A DNA stretch of 64,000 nt. It comes from Tortispora ganteri (taxonomy: Eukaryota). How positions within the stretch are numbered: position 1 is the stretch's first letter; the number at the start of each line of letters is the position of its first letter. The stretch is from contig PPNB01000001.1 of NCBI GenBank assembly GCA_003707115.1, forward strand, positions 682,001-746,000, read 5' to 3'. Position numbers and translations under genes: made by a program. Shown piece by piece: positions 62,208 to 64,000 of this stretch. The notes under the pieces were generated by a model, which ran no database searches, had not been told where the DNA came from, and saw nothing but the letters and a program-made list of their open reading frames with translations.

Positions 62208-64000
62208 AAACGGTTGAGGTCGAGAAATGCAGAAATGAGAGTTTGAGTGATTTTTATTTTGGTTCTGCAGTTATGTATATATAATTGCTAGAAAAAAATA
62301 TTGCAGAATTTAAGATATACACTGAATATGTTAGTAATGAAGCGGAAGAGAATGGAAGATCGAGGATCGAGGTTCTAGTCAAGTATTGCGAAAAGTAGCC
62401 GAGTGATGATAGTGAAAGAGATTCAATTTGCGTCTGCGGGGAATGTAGAAAACAAAATAGGGAATTTATTTCGAGCAAAAGATGTTATGCAACTTAAAAT
62501 CAAATAAAAACGAAAGGTGAAATGTGGAAGACTAGAAGAGTGATAAAGAGACAGGGGAAATGTGTCGCAGATATTCGTTACGAAGTCGAAAACCTTAAAA
62601 TTCGTGTGGTTCCAGAACCCAGGATAGACGGGTGCTAACCCTAGGGAAACAATATGAGCGGAAATAGTGAAAATGGAGCGCACGGGCCTCGCAAAAAATA
62701 GCTCTGCAAATAACAATTATTATTGAAGAGAATAGAGCTGAGGTCAGTGCTAGCGATAGAAGGAGGAAGTCGCTGTTGCGCGGTGAGTTGGTGATTAGTG
62801 AAGCGAGTGGGAATCCAGGATCGAAAGGTTTGACCTTCCGGTTGGAGCAAAGCAAAAAATGATGAAGCGGCCTGGCACTAAGCTGTAAGGCTAAAAATTT
62901 TTGGCTATATAATTGCAGTAGCAGATAGAAAAGCAGTGTATATATTTTCTGGTCGTTCAGGTTGAAGAAAATAGCACGAGAGGCAGTTAGAGGAGTTATA
63001 GATATGGAGCTGGCCGGAGAAATGAGGAGAAGGCGGCAGAGGCCAGCGAGAAACGAAGAGTGCAAAGAAGAGAGCTGAATTAAGCGTAAACCAGCGTCGA
63101 AAAAGCCGAAAGTAATCTGCAAAACAGATACTAGTTAGAGGAATTGAAAAAAGACAACACTTGACTAGAATAGCGACAGGTGGATGTAAAAGGCCTGCAA
63201 AGGTGGAATAGAACCTCAAAATGACAGAGAAAAAATGACTTACCTTTAACTGAGCGGATTTAATTGTAATTGTGTCCCCAAAGAAGAAAAGCTAGAATGT
63301 TGACAAGTACGTATGAGTAAAATGGAGATAGAATAAACGTAGCAAAAGCAAAGAAGCAGGTCTTAAGGGAAACTGACCTTTAGTGCAAATAGACGTATAT
63401 ATAACAGGAAAGAAAAGGTGTAATCTGAAGCCTTTGGTTGGAAACCTTAAATGATATATTAAAGTTCATATTTTTTGTTTCTGAAATCGGCAAGAAGGTG
63501 AAAGGGGGTTTGGTATGAGAGTTGTCTGTGGTGTTGCAGACTTCATTTTTGTCTGAACTAAAATTTAAATGTCTATTTAAAAAGTTATTAGTGTAAACAG
63601 TATATAGAATATTATACATTCCGGAACTAAAACGCCTGCAAGGCTGGTGGAAGCACAGATGCAAAAGGATCTTTTCATTGATTTAGAGTTCATCCGGTGA
63701 GGAATAAGGTTTCATAAGTGCACCAACAAATAGGGAATTCACCTATATTTTGTCTTGAATATTTGACAAACAAGGAGTTTACATGTGTGAAATTTGATCG
63801 ATTTATTTATATTTTATGCAAAATGTGCGGAGCTGAGTTTCCGAATGTACTGATGAGATTTCTGGGTGACGGAACGAGCGGTGGTATCAAGAATGAGGCC
63901 TGTACGCCTATGGGCTGCACAAAACTTGATGAAACTGTATGCGTATTCTTAAATATCTCTTCATGTTTGAAAAACAATAAGCAATATTCTAATTGAGTAC

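Noticed and set aside
62595..63219. 175-aa and 104-aa minus-strand ORFs upstream of the PUF gene
   Set aside because: Non-ATG starts and Leu/Ser/Phe-rich composition expected from pyrimidine-rich UTR sequence
1..64000. CRISPR arrays, transposons/LTRs, TPP riboswitch, tRNA/rRNA genes, horizontally acquired bacterial operon
   Set aside because: No repeat-spacer pattern, transposase/RT motif, riboswitch consensus or cloverleaf seen by eye; all recognised genes are of eukaryotic/fungal type. Dedicated scans were not possible.

Overview
Eukaryotic, very gene-dense fungal DNA, most likely a budding yeast (Saccharomycotina). It uses the standard code: CTG sits at conserved Leu positions in frequenin. 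About 42 protein-coding genes are supported, mostly housekeeping: PEP7 (partial), FRQ1, RAD6, GIT1, REX3, HOG1, RRP36, ARO1, MTG2, RPB5, BFR1, CDC45, NMA111, RPC17, CCT3, a thiolase, ALG1, SSC1, a RAD4-family gene, UBA4, TIF35, SEC11, ALT1, ABD1, ERD2, BFA1/byr4, XRCC4/LIF1 and a PUF protein. There are also a few orphans. I reconstructed four well-supported spliceosomal introns that the ORF track misses (RAD6, RPC17, CCT3, ERD2) and two probable ones; all have GTAAGT donors. I found no rRNA, tRNA, CRISPR array, transposon or clearly bacterial gene. No multi-gene novel system can be demonstrated. The best leads are: a highly degenerate NDT80-like protein followed after only 8 bp by a spliced PPR-like gene; a silk-like Ala-alternating GPI surface protein paired with a small GPI protein sharing a Cys motif; a ~1.26 kb AUG-free, splice-signal-bearing leader of the PUF gene; a 53-bp head-to-head NMA111/RPC17 pair; and an AFF/Ebp1-like elongation factor. 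Family assignments come from remembered motifs, not database searches.
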